Shown: positions 50,290-61,779 of the stretch, one piece after another | How positions within the stretch are numbered: position 1 is the stretch's first letter | Layout of the letters: every line of letters begins with the position of its first letter | Assembly (NCBI RefSeq): GCF_006345805.1 | Contig: NC_042999.1 | Span: forward strand, 74,896,001-74,960,000 | Length of the DNA: 64,000 bases | Direction of reading: 5' to 3' | Origin: Octopus sinensis | Taxonomy: Eukaryota | Translations under genes and position numbers: made by a program | Notes under the pieces: model-generated | Database searches by the model: none | What the model saw: the letters and a program-made list of their open reading frames with translations, nothing else | Told to the model about the DNA's origin: nothing

Positions 50290-53200
50290 ACCACCCTCCC
50301 ACCCCCTCCACACATGCCGGAAGTCCCTATTTTTTGCCATCCCGGGGTTGCTTCCCATGAAGACTGCAAATGCTCTTTCATCGTCCCTACCCCTAGTCTT
50401 GACCTATATAAGGTAATGTTCATACAGTGCAAAATATGAAAGGCTAATGTTATGCAGGTTGAACTGAAGGCTACTGCATTACTTGCACATGAATTCTGCC
50501 AAATGCGAGCTTTCTTTTCAGGTACATGAAGCTACTGTCCACCATCCCAGGGTCTCTAGGGCCCATGCCTCCCACATCCTCAGGGTTGGCACCCTCAACG
50601 TTGGCACACTGAAAGGTAGGTCTGGCGAGATAGTCGAGATGCTTGAACGGAGATGTGTGGATATATGTTGCATGCGAGAAGTAAGGTGGAGAGGAGGATC
50701 TGCTAGGTTCCTCACAGGCAAGGAACACAGGTACAAGATTTTCTTGGCTGGGAACACTGACGGGGTTGGTGGCATGGGTATACTTATCGCTGAGAAATGG
50801 GTAGATAAAGTAATTGAGGTAATCAGAGTATGTGACAGAATACTTAAGATTAGATTAGTACTTCATCATAGTTTAGCAACCATTATATCGGCCTATGCTC
50901 CTCAGTTGGGGCTACCCGATGGACAGAAAGACCGATTCTATGACACTCTACTGCAGACTACCTCGTTGACGAACGACAGAGACCTTCTCTTTGTGGCTGG
51001 TGACTTCAATGGTCACGTTGGACGACATGCTGGGGGTTTCCATGGCGTACATGGAGGCTATGGCTATGGTTCCCGCAACGAGGAGGGGACCAGGCTGCTG
51101 GAGTTCTGCGATGCAAATAACCTTATGATTTGCAACACTAACTTCAGGGAACCTACCAGCCACCTAGTCACCTACAAATCGGGCCAACATACCAGCCAAA
51201 TTGACTACATCCTTGCCAGGCAAAGGGAGAGATGGCTGCTTATAAATGCCAAAACCTTCCCAGGCGAGAAATGTACCCCATAACATAGACTGGTAGTTAG
51301 TGACTTTAGGATCAGGACTAGGAGGACAACCAGAAGACGACCAACATGGAGAAGAAGGATCTGGAAGCTTAAAGATCCTGCGAATGGACAGAGATTTAGA
51401 GGCATGCTACTTGAAGCCTTTGACGAAGTAGAAGGGGATAGAGTATCACATGGGGTAGAAGGCAACTGGACGTTTCTAAGGGACAACCTGCTGAGAGCAA
51501 CTGACCAGATCTGTGACTGGTGCAAAGTCCTCTCTCATCCCAAGGTAACGTGGTGGTAGAACAGTGTTGTAGACAAGGCTATTAGAGAAAAGAGACAGAC
51601 TTGGAAGGACTGGAAGAATGGTGGTAGCAGGGAATTGTAGCAGGGACTGCCAAAAGGGAAGCTAGGAGACAGGTCTATCTAGCCAGAGGGAAAGCAGATA
51701 AAAAATTTGCCAATGTTCTGCGCCATGAGAACCAAAGACTGGAGGTGTTTCACGTTGCAAGACAGTGTGTGAGGGAGAATTGTGATGTGGTAGGAGAGAA
51801 GTGTGTTCGCATGGAAGATGGTTCACTTGCGCTAAATGAGGATGCAAAGAGAGAGGTTTGGAGACGCCACTATGAAAGGTTGCTGAATAAAGAAAATGAA
51901 TGGGATAGAGAGAGTCTGCCGAATGTTGACCCAACAGAGGGACCAGCTATCCGAGTTGACAGTTCCTTGGTAGTTAAGGCAATTAGAAGCATGAAGACAG
52001 GGAAAGCCCCAGGCCCATCAGGAATCACTGCAGAGATGCTCAAAATATCTGGTAGTGTCGGCTATAGCCTAGTCACCCATATAGTTAATCAGGTGATACA
52101 CGAAGGAGTCATACCCAATGACTGGTGTAGCAGCATAATAGTCAACTTCTACAAAGGTAAAGGTGACGCCCTAGATACAAATAATTACAGAGGTATCAAG
52201 CTGTTGGATCAGGTGATGAAGGTTACGGAGAGGGTCATAGCCCAACTAATTAGAGAGAGAGTTAGTTTAGATGAGATGCAATTTGGGTTCATGCCAGGGA
52301 AAAGTACCACTGATGCTATATTCCTGGTAAGGCAGCTGCAGGAGAAATACCTAGCCAAAGATAAGCCCCTGTACCTGGCTTTTGTTGACATGGAGAAAAC
52401 CTTCGACAGGGTCCCCCGATCCCTTATCTGGTGGTCAATGAGGAAACTAGGGATAGATGAATGGTTAGTGAGAGCTGTGCGAACCATGTACAGGGATGCT
52501 GTTAGTAAGGTGAGGGTTGGCAACGAGTACAGTGAAGAATTCCGGGTAGAGGTAGGGGTCCACCAAGGCTGAGTTCTCAGCCCCCTCCTATTTATCATAG
52601 TCCTCCAGGTAATAACGGAGGAATTCAAGACAGGATGCCCTTGGGAGCTCCTCTATGCTGATGACCTTGCTCTATTTGCTGAGTCGCTATCAGAACTGGA
52701 GGAGAAGTTTCAGGTGTGGAAGCAAGGATTAGAATCGAAGGGCCTTAGAGTCAATCTAGCTAAAACCAAAGTCGTAATAAGTAGGAAGGTAGACAAATCA
52801 CAAACGCCTTCAGGTAGATGGCCCTGCTCGATCTGTAGAAAAGGTGTAGGTAGAAACTCTATAAGATGCACCAAGTGTAAGCTATGGGCACATAAGAGGT
52901 GCAGCAATGTCAAAGGAAGGCTAACTAGGAAGATGGTTTTTGTATGTGGCAGATGCTCAGGAACAATAAACACTGAAAATGCTCCGAGACCAACTTCTTT
53001 CACTTTCCAGGGAGAAAAACTAGAAATAGTTGATAGCTTCCGTTATCTAGGTGACCAAGTCAGCAGCGGGGGCGGGTGTGCTGAAAGTGTAACTGCTAGA
53101 GTAAGAATAGCTTGGGCAAAGTTCAGAGAGCTCTTACCTCTGCTGGTGACAAAAGGCCTCTCACTCAGAGTAAAAGGCAGACTGTATGATGCGTGTGTAC

Positions 53201-54202
53201 GAACAGCCATGCTACATGGCAGTGAAACATGGGCCGTGACTGCTGAGGATATGCGTAAGCTTGCAAGAAATGAAGCCAGTATGATCCGATGGATGTGTAA
53301 TGTCAGTATTCATACTCGGCAGAGTGTAAGTACCTTGAGAGAAAAGCTGGACCTAAGAAGCATCAGATGTGGTGTGCAAGAGAGACGTTTGCGCTGGTAT
53401 GGGCATGTGGCAAGAATGGATGAAGATAGTTGTGTGAAAAAGTGCCACACCCTAGCGGTTGAGGGAACCTGTGGAAGAGGCAGACCCAGGAAAACCTGGG
53501 ACGAGGTGGTGAAGCACGACCTTCGAACTTTAGGTCTCACTGAGGAAATGACTAGAGACCGAGACCTCTGGAAGTATTCTGTGCGTGAGAAGACCCGGCA
53601 GGACAAGTGAGACCATAACCCGTGGCCTTCTACATGGGATGTAGCCAGACCACTTATGCATACCTTCCCTTCTTGGGACACAAAACTCTACTTGTGAAGA
53701 CCTGTTGAGGCAAGTGAGAATCAGAATCAGAATCGAAATCGATCAATGGAAATTGCAGCTGAGTTACCAGTGCCGGTGGCACGTAAGAGAGCCATCTGAA
53801 CGTGGCCGTTGCCAGCACCGTCCCGACTGGCCTTGTGCCGGTGGCACGTAAAAAGCACCATCCGTTTGTGGACATTGCCAGCCTCGACTGGCCCCCGTGC
53901 CGGTGGCACGTAAAAAGCACCATCCATTCGTGGCCATTGCCAGCCTCACCTGGTCCCCGTGCCGGTGGCACATAAAAAGTACCATCCGATCATGGCTGTT
54001 TGCCAGACTCGTCTGGCACATAAAAAGCACCCACTACACTCATGGAGTGGTTGACGTTAGGAAGGGCATCCAGCCGTTGAAACATTGCCAGATCAAACTG
54101 GGCCTGGTGCAGCCTTCTGGCTTCCCAGACCCCAGTTGAACCGTCCAACCCATGCTAGCATGGAATGCGGATGCTAAACGACGATGATGATGATGATGAT
54201 GA
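50290..54202 (+). mobile_element. RTE-clade LINE, near full length
   Basis: Single disrupted ORF, a 3' UTR with tandem ~61-nt units, and terminus CATGCTAGCATGGAATGCGGATGCTAAACG followed by (GAT)n. The 5' boundary is uncertain. Confidence 0.95.
50483..53610 (+). pseudogene. RTE ORF: APE endonuclease, RT with embedded PHD finger
   Basis: GTLNVGTL, REVRW, SAYAPQ, AGDFNGHVG, QIDYIL, GKAPGPSG, NYRGIKL, QFGFMPGK, FDRVPR, GVHQG, LYADDL, FRYLG, RGRPRKTW. Premature stops at ~51281, ~51557, ~51638 and ~52570 plus a frameshift. Confidence 0.95.
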
Positions 54203-54269
54203 TATATAAATTAAATTAGAGATAAAACCACTATTAGGCAAATCAAACAGTGAAAAGCATAAACATATT

Positions 54270-54315
<46 letters not shown>

Positions 54316-54403
54316 AATATAAATATGTTTATGCTTTTCACTGTTTGATTTGCCTAATAGTGGTTTTATCTCTAATTTAATTTATATATCATCATCATCA
54401 TCA
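54188..54403. repeat. perfect 84-bp inverted repeat around a (TA)n loop
   Basis: Arm 54188-54271 is the exact reverse complement of 54320-54403. Confidence 0.97.
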
Positions 54404-54823
54404 GGCAATAACCTCGAAACCAGTCTGTGTGTAGTATCCGTATCTTCGGGGAGGCTGATCTCCCTTTGCAGGCTGGCAAGGACACCGAGATGGTGTCAGC
54501 TCTTCTGGTGACGTTGATGTTCGCCTGGGGCTAAATGCATCAGTAACACCCCCACCACCCCACCCTGACCCTAGCCACATTCAGATGGCTGATCCCCCTT
54601 ATGTTTTATATATATATATATATATATCTTACAAATAACAAAATGGAGAAACAATTTAGTTGGCTCATCAGCTTTCGGATATTAGAATGTTGACTTATTT
54701 ATTTATTTATTTATTTAACAAAAACGAGAATCCTAATAACATACATATATACATTATAATTCAATACATATAAGATAAAAATACAATTATAAAAATCTTA
54801 ATATAAATTATTGAAATCATTAA

Positions 54824-54954
54824 AATCACTGTTAAAGCTGTTTCAGCCTATGGAAAAAAGTAATTTTTCAGTGCCTATAGTTGTCAATTATATTGAGGTT
54901 GTAGGCATTTAAAAATAGGGTACTTATATATAACCATAGGCCTCATCAGAGATT
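54824..54954 (-). ncRNA. type I hammerhead ribozyme motif with long stem II
   Basis: AATCT-CTGATGA-GGCCTATGG[80 nt]CCATAGGCT-GAAA-CAGCTT-TA-ACAGTGATT. The core is intact and stem II has 9 bp; stems I and III are imperfect. Confidence 0.6.
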
Positions 54955-55234
54955 ATAAAGAAATTTCAAAATATAAATACATGAAACAGGATGCACGTAT
55001 AATTTAATATATTTAAATATAAACAAATATCCATATACACATACACACACATATATATATATATACATACATAAGCAAAGTATATACACCTTTACATGTG
55101 TATAAATACATAAATAAGCACAATTAAACAATAGGTCCAAGCAAATAGACCATTCGTCATATACATATATATATACATACGTCCATGCTCATGACTACAT
55201 ACACAATATTTAATTATTACTAATATTATTACTA

Positions 55235-55385
55235 TTATGATTATTATTATTATTATTATTATTATTATCATTATCATTCTTCGTCTTCTTCTTCTCCTTC
55301 TTCTTCTTCTTCTTCTTCTTCTTCTTCTTCTCTTCTCCTTCTCCTTCTCCTCCTCCTCCTCCTCCTCCTCCTCCTCCTTCTTCTT

Positions 55386-55458
<73 letters not shown>

Positions 55459-55460
55459 TT
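55235..55460. repeat. compound (ATT)n(CTT)n(CCT)n(CTT)n(ATT)n microsatellite
   Basis: Direct reading. Confidence 0.97.
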
Positions 55461-55611
55461 ATCAATAATAACAATATAATTAAATTTAGAGTAACCTTCA
55501 CTTCACAATACATATTATAGTAGATTCCAATATATCATATATTATGATACAATATAAACAATTCATTACGGTAGATTTAATTTTATAAATTTTAAAACCA
55601 CAATGAATACA

Positions 55612-55674
<63 letters not shown>

Positions 55675-56117
55675 ATACAGTTAGACCAGGGTTGTTACAA
55701 TATTGTTCTTCTTCGTACACAGAAGTCCATGCGTATGGGCAACAAATAGAAGCAACATGTACATATATATACATACGTGCAAATATAACCAATATCTATA
55801 TAAGGATTTTTTTTCTTTTCATCACAGTTAAATTATACGTATATGTATATGTTTATCCATCAATAATAAAAGGGTAAAATGAATTAATGAATTAATAATT
55901 TTATCAAGTAGTTTGTTATGTTAAAATAAGCTTTTTGGGTAACATTATACAAATATTCTATAATAATGAGCATAATTATTAAAAAAAATTCAGTGTTACC
56001 GTCTGGGAGATATTTATAATAGCAGGAAAAGTATTTTGACTGCTATTTCTAAATTTGGTGCATGGTGAATCAATTAGCTGACCCCTGATTATAATTATGC
56101 TTATAATTATAGAATAT

Positions 56118-56199
<82 letters not shown>

Positions 56200-56259
56200 T
56201 GTATGTATGTATGTATGTTTGTGTTTGTGTGCGTGTGTATATATGTATGTATGTTTATG

Positions 56260-56520
56260 TGTCCTTGTCTTGACATTGTGTAATGTTATAAGTGCGTGTC
56301 ATTATATTCCAGTATTCTGTGAATACATGCCTGACCATGTGGAAAATATCACCTTGCTTAGAAATAGCTAAGGTTTGGTAACAGGAAGGCATCCAGTTGC
56401 AAGAAAATCTTCTTCAATGAATTTTATCCAACACACATAGACATGGAAAAGAGAACATGAAAGTGATGATGATGATGATGATAATGATGATGATGACGAC
56501 GATGATGATGATGATGACGA
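56260..56520 (+). mobile_element. decayed element with RTE-type 3' tail and (GAT)n
   Basis: GGTAACAGGAAGGCATCCAGTTG...CATGGAAAAG followed by GAT repeats resembles the RTE terminus. Confidence 0.55.
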
Positions 56521-56889
56521 CAACGATGATGACAATGTAGGTGATGGTGATGGTGGTGATACAGAGTAATACAGGGAGTATGATGAGAGAAATATGTAAT
56601 GTAGAGTGGACTATAACAGAATGTAAGGGAAGGCAACTGAGTAGAGAGAGGGTGTGTGATGGAGAGATTAGTGACAAAGAGATGAAACTGTATCATGGTA
56701 AAGAGACAGATGCTTAACAAGAGTATGCACTTCAGGTCATAGATCCAGAGAACAGTTGATGAAGGTTTAACAAAGATATTTTCCATAGCAAGTCTACAAA
56801 CCCCAGCCTCCATCACTATCATAATTTTAACATTCACTATATCATGCTTGTATAAGTAACTGGATCTTCTCTAGTGCTGTGTGCTGTGA

Positions 56890-58470
56890 ATCACTGACTT
56901 TTTTCCATACCCTTCTAGGGGCTCAGCACCTTAAGATCAATATTAACCAGACCATCCCAAGTTTTCTACTTTCATGTCTTTCACAGGTTTGATTTGCTTT
57001 GTGTACTCTGCATTCTTTTATACAGCTGTCATCATCCTATACCATTGTTGTCTTCTCTAATGCACACTTGTTCTGGTTCCTCTTGTATTCAATATTTCTT
57101 TCAGCTTATTTGTGCTTTATTGTTCATGTACACTAACACTACTCATCCAATAGATCCTGTTCATTAAGGCGAAGAACTTGCAGAAGCGTTAGCACACCGG
57201 GTGAAATGCTTAGCATTATTTCATGTCTTTATGTTCTGAGTTCAAATTCCGCCGAGGTCAACTTTGCCTTTCCTCCTTTTGGGGTCGACAAATTACATAC
57301 CAGTTGCATACTTGTGTCAATCTAATCGACTGGCCTTCTCACCAAAAATTTCAGCCCTTGTGTCTAGAGTAGAAAAGAACAGATCATGTTCATTTTATTT
57401 CTTTCCAGGCTTTACAACTCTGATTTCAAGGCCAATATTCTACTATTATACAGTATCTCACTTCATGCACAAGCATCATACTGTTTGCTCTTTACTCAGC
57501 AAGAGAATCCCTTTATTAAGCAGTAGTTCCTTGAACGTTTTCCAGCCTGTCTTTATTCCTCTGACTATTATGTTTATGGAGCAACTCCTCCATAGCTACT
57601 TAAGTCACCTAGTTAACAAAAGTTATCAACTACTTTTAAGGAGCTGTCAGGGCTTCTAAAAAACAATTATTTTATGGGTGCTCCTAATGCTTACTGCTTC
57701 TGAACAGTCCACCACTTAGAGTCTTCTTTTTCTGTCAGCCTGCTTGTGAGTTCACAATGTCTTTTATGCTTCCATAGCTTATACTGGACACACTGAGCAG
57801 AGTTTTTACTTTACCATTTTCTATATAAAGAGCATAGCAATTTCCTTAACTACTGCAAGTCTTGCCTTCTTTTCTACAAATTAATGATTTAGTCTTTGCT
57901 AAATTTACTGTAAAGCCTCCTGTTTCTAGGTATGGAATTTCTTCTCTCTTCCTTAAAATTTAGCAATAAAATTAGGTCCATCAGCATATAGGAGTTCCCA
58001 TGGACAGCTGCTACTGAACTCCTTTGTTAAGGCTTGGAGGACTATGATAAATAAAAGAAACTAAGAACTAAGCTTTGATGTTCTTCACCGTACTCATTGC
58101 TAACTCTCACTTTGCTGACTGTATCTCTGTACATGGCTTACATGACTCTTGTGAGGCATTCATTCATTTACCCCTACTTTCCTTAATGACTATCAGAATA
58201 CAAAACACTGAACCTTGTGAAATGCTTTCTCAAGGTTGACAGATGCTAGGTACAATGGTTTACTTTTATCCATGTACTTTTCCTACAGTTATATCATAGG
58301 AAGATAGCATCAGTTGTACCTCTCCCTAGTATAAAGTTGAATTGCATTTCAACTAGGTTTATTCTCTTCCAGATCAATTGTGTTATAATCTTTTCAGTAG
58401 CCTTTATAAGTGTTGGGTCCCACAGAGGTGATGACAAGTGATTGAGATCTTAGGTGATTTGCTGTGCTTA
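56890..58470 (-). mobile_element. old RTE LINE fragment interrupted by a SINE
   Basis: Minus-strand CCATGGGAACTCCTATATGCTGATGG (PWELLYAD). Remnants are colinear with 52250-53560. Confidence 0.7.
57165..57390 (+). mobile_element. SINE family A
   Basis: Head AGGCGAAGAACTTGCAGAAGCGTTAGC, B-box GAGTTCAAATTCC, core and tail. Confidence 0.8.
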
Positions 58471-58499
58471 AGAAGATTCATCAAGCCAAGTGAAATCAT

Positions 58500-58740
58500 A
58501 ATTGGGGCTGGTGTCAGTGACACATAACATCTGTGCTGGTTACGTGTAAAAGCACTCGTGCTGGTGACGCATAAAAGGCACCCACTACACTAGGAGTGGT
58601 TGGCATTAGGAAGGGCATTCAGCCATAGAAACCAAGCCCAAATCAGACTGGAACCTAATGCAGCTCTGGCTTATCAGTTCCAGTCAAACCATCTAACCCA
58701 AGCCAGTATGGAAAGCAGACATTAAATGATGATGATGGTG
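58500..58740 (+). mobile_element. RTE 3' UTR fragment
   Basis: AGGAGTGGTTGGCATTAGGAAGGGCATTCAGC...GACATTAAAT followed by (GAT)n. Confidence 0.7.
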
Positions 58741-59339
58741 TATGTGATATTCTGATATGTATCTCCTTTTGATATTTGTAAATGTCTATTTTCTCACACA
58801 TAACCTCAACAAGCTAGATGACCTACATTTTCTGAGAGAATATTTCAGCCAGCAGTCCAACACTGGCCATCCTATTTCTTATGTTGCTATGTATCATGCC
58901 TGTTATATCCTTGTTATGTTCTTAGTTATTCAAATGAAGATTGAAGGACATCTCACCTTTAATTTTAGTGCCTGAGAAACACACCTTTGTCATTTCATAT
59001 AAGGAGTAACCACAATGTGATTATTCTCTCTTGAGTGAACAGAAAAATTAAAGAAGTATAGAAATGTATGAAAGAGATAAAGAATGTCATCAAACTACCT
59101 CAGCATTCTCCAAAGAGAAAAACAATATGTGAGATATATAGTTTGGTTCAAATAACTAAAATTAGTACTGAATCTATGAGGCATATGTATAACCACTAAT
59201 TACTTTGATTGACTATATGTGCCCTGTAAATATTTCCTGCGGTAAGTGAAGCACTCTTCACAAAAAACAAAAAATGAAAAAAACAAACAAATAAATAAAA
59301 TTCTAAAATAGACACTTCTTAACCATTTCCTTTATACAG

Positions 59340-59715
59340 GTGCAGGAGTGGCTGTGTGGTAAGAAACTTGCTTCCCAACCACATGGTTCTGGGTTCAGTC
59401 CCACCTTGGGCAAGCATCTTCTACTATAGCCTCACACAAAGCCTTGTGTGTGGATTTGGTCGACAGAAACTGAAAGAAGCCCATCATATATATATATGTA
59501 TATATGTGTTTGTATTTGTTATTTGTGTCTGTGCTTGTCCCCCAACTATCGCTTGACAACTGATGTTGGTGTGTTTATGTCCCCCATAACTTAGCGATTC
59601 AGCAAAAGGAGTCCAATAGAATAAGTACTAGGCATACAAGGAATAAGTCCTGGGGTCGATTTGTTCAACTAAAGGTGGTGCTCCAGCATGGCCACAGTCA
59701 AATGACTGAAAGAAA
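59340..59715 (+). mobile_element. complete SINE family B (CORE-like) with CR1-type 3' tail
   Basis: tRNA-like head GGAGTGGCTGTGTGGTAAG..GGGTTCAGTCCC, CORE-like ACCTTGGGCAAG, an internal TA/TG microsatellite, and tail GGTGGTGCTCCAGCATGGCCAC. Confidence 0.8.
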
Positions 59716-59799
59716 TAAACGAATAGGCTGTAAAATAAAACCTTGAAATTGTACCAAGATTATGCCTTTGAAAATTATTGGATCTTTATCTCTTCATTG

Positions 59800-60318
59800 T
59801 AGTTTGCAGCTCAGTATACCTTTTGCTTTTTGACTATTTTCACACTTTAGACTGTCTATGCTGAAGAATTGTCTTGAAGGGTTAAGTCAAATAAATTGAA
59901 CCGAGTACTTAATTTAAGTCTGGAACTTATTCTGTTGGTCTCTTTTTGCTGAGCTGCTAAGTTACAGAACACTAAACAAAGCTGTTGTTAAGCAGTGGTC
60001 GGGCACAAAAACAAACACAAAGATACATACACACATAGACATATGAGACACAAACTATGTGTCAATAGACAGCTGGAAAATATATATATATATTTTCACA
60101 CACATACACACACACATATATATGCTTTTCTACTCTAGGCACAAGGCTCAAAATTTTGGAGGAGGTGGGGTGGGCCAGTCGGTTAGATCAACCCCAGTAT
60201 GCCACTGGTACTTAATTTATCGACTCCGAAAAGACGAAAGGCAAAGTCAACCTTGGCAGAATTTGAACTCAGAACGTAAAGACATGAAATTCTGCTAAGC
60301 ATTTCACCCAGCATGCTA
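59800..60318 (-). mobile_element. decayed SINE B 3' module (59800-60050) and SINE A (60124-60318)
   Basis: Reverse-complement matches to the family cores. Confidence 0.65.
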
Positions 60319-60329
60319 AAAATTAATAA

Positions 60330-61690
60330 TGATAATAATGAAGAACCAAGTTAATTATCAGAATAAGACCGAAGAACAAAGTAAACTTTTGGAAGTAGAC
60401 TCAATGGAAAAACAAAATCAGGGGAATGAACACATGGGCTGAACACATCGCAGGTGTTTTTAGGTGGACGAAGAATGAGTTTGAGGAAATGGACAAGGAA
60501 ACTAGAAAAGTGATGACCATTAACAGAACTACACTCCAAAAGCAATTCTGACAAGCTGTATGTGCCCAGAAGCAGGGGAGAAAGAGGTCTCATAGGATGC
60601 AAGATCAGTTTTGCCAATGAGAACAGTCTAGGTTGGTACATCAAACAGCAGAGTGAATTCTTGCTTGTTGCTGTTAGAATTAATAATACAATACCTACCA
60701 AAAATGTGATGCAGCCACAAACATTTAAGCAAGATGAAGAAGAAAGAGTAAACAACTGGAAAATGAAACCTCTGCATGGCTAATACCTGAGAGAAATTGA
60801 AGGAAAAAACAAGACCAACACTTGGAGATGGCTAAGAAAAAATGATATGAAAGGATGCACCAAGGCATTGATATGCAGCACCCAGGAACAAGCTCTGAGA
60901 ACTAATTACACAAAGTTCCAAACAAATAAGAGTAGCAAATCTCCCCTTTGTAGGATGTGTGGTAACAGAAATGAAACAGTCTCACATATTGTGAGTGTGT
61001 GTAGCAAGCTAGCCCAAAAGCACTACAAAAGGAGGCATGATAACGTGGCTATGTTCGTCCACTGGAGGGTATGTGAAAAATATGGCCTGAGCAGAGCAGA
61101 GAAATTGTACGAACATGAGGAAGAAGGTGTCACCAAGAACAAGGAACATAAGATATTGTGGGATTTTACAACCCAATGTGACTCCCTAATCGAGGCTCAG
61201 AGATCAGATATTGTTGTGGTAGATAAAGAAAAAAAGAAAACCAAGATCACAGATATTGCAACACCTGGAGATGCGCATGTAAGTGACAAAGAACTAGAAA
61301 AGATTGAAGAGTACAGACTACTAAAAGATGAAATTGCAAGAATGTGGAATATGGGGAGAGGGTCTGTCATTCCAGTAGTTGTTGGGGCACTTGGAGCACT
61401 AACAACCAAGTTTGAGAAATAAGTCAAAGAAATCAGAATTGACATGAGAGAAGAGCAAGCCCCAAAACTGTTCTGCTGGGGACAGCTAGGATTTTGAGAT
61501 TGGTACTTGTTGAATGTCTCCAACAATAATTAACAACGAAGTATCAGAGCTTATAATGTGTGGAAAGAGACCCTGTGAGACTTCTTACAGCCGGCTGCTG
61601 TCGTCTCACAGAATCTACCAGAACAAACAGGACCAAATGTTCTGTGAAGTAAAACAACAGCAACAACAACAACAAAAATAATAATAATCC
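60330..61690 (+). mobile_element. Dong/R4 LINE 3' fragment
   Basis: LYVPRSRGERGLI, QEQALRTNY, CRMCGNRNETVSHIVSVC, RRHDNVA, ILWDF, DIVVVDKEK, ITDIATPGD, IPVVVGALG. Ends in (CAA)n(AAT)n. Confidence 0.88.
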
Positions 61691-61779
61691 AACCCATGCT
61701 AGCATGGAAAGCGGACGTTAAACGATGATGATGATAATGATGATGATGAAGGTGAAAAGATAGATAAATACAACCCTCA

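Noticed and set aside
49780-50480. HDV-like ribozyme expected in an RTE 5' UTR (TCCCACGT at ~49813, GGCTAATG at ~50442)
   Set aside because: I could not build the nested double pseudoknot by hand. A descriptor search would be needed.
53770-54030. CRISPR-like repeat array (palindromic repeat plus variable spacer; also 40125-40560)
   Set aside because: The spacers are homologous to each other, the array lies in a LINE 3' UTR, the context is eukaryotic, and there are no cas genes.
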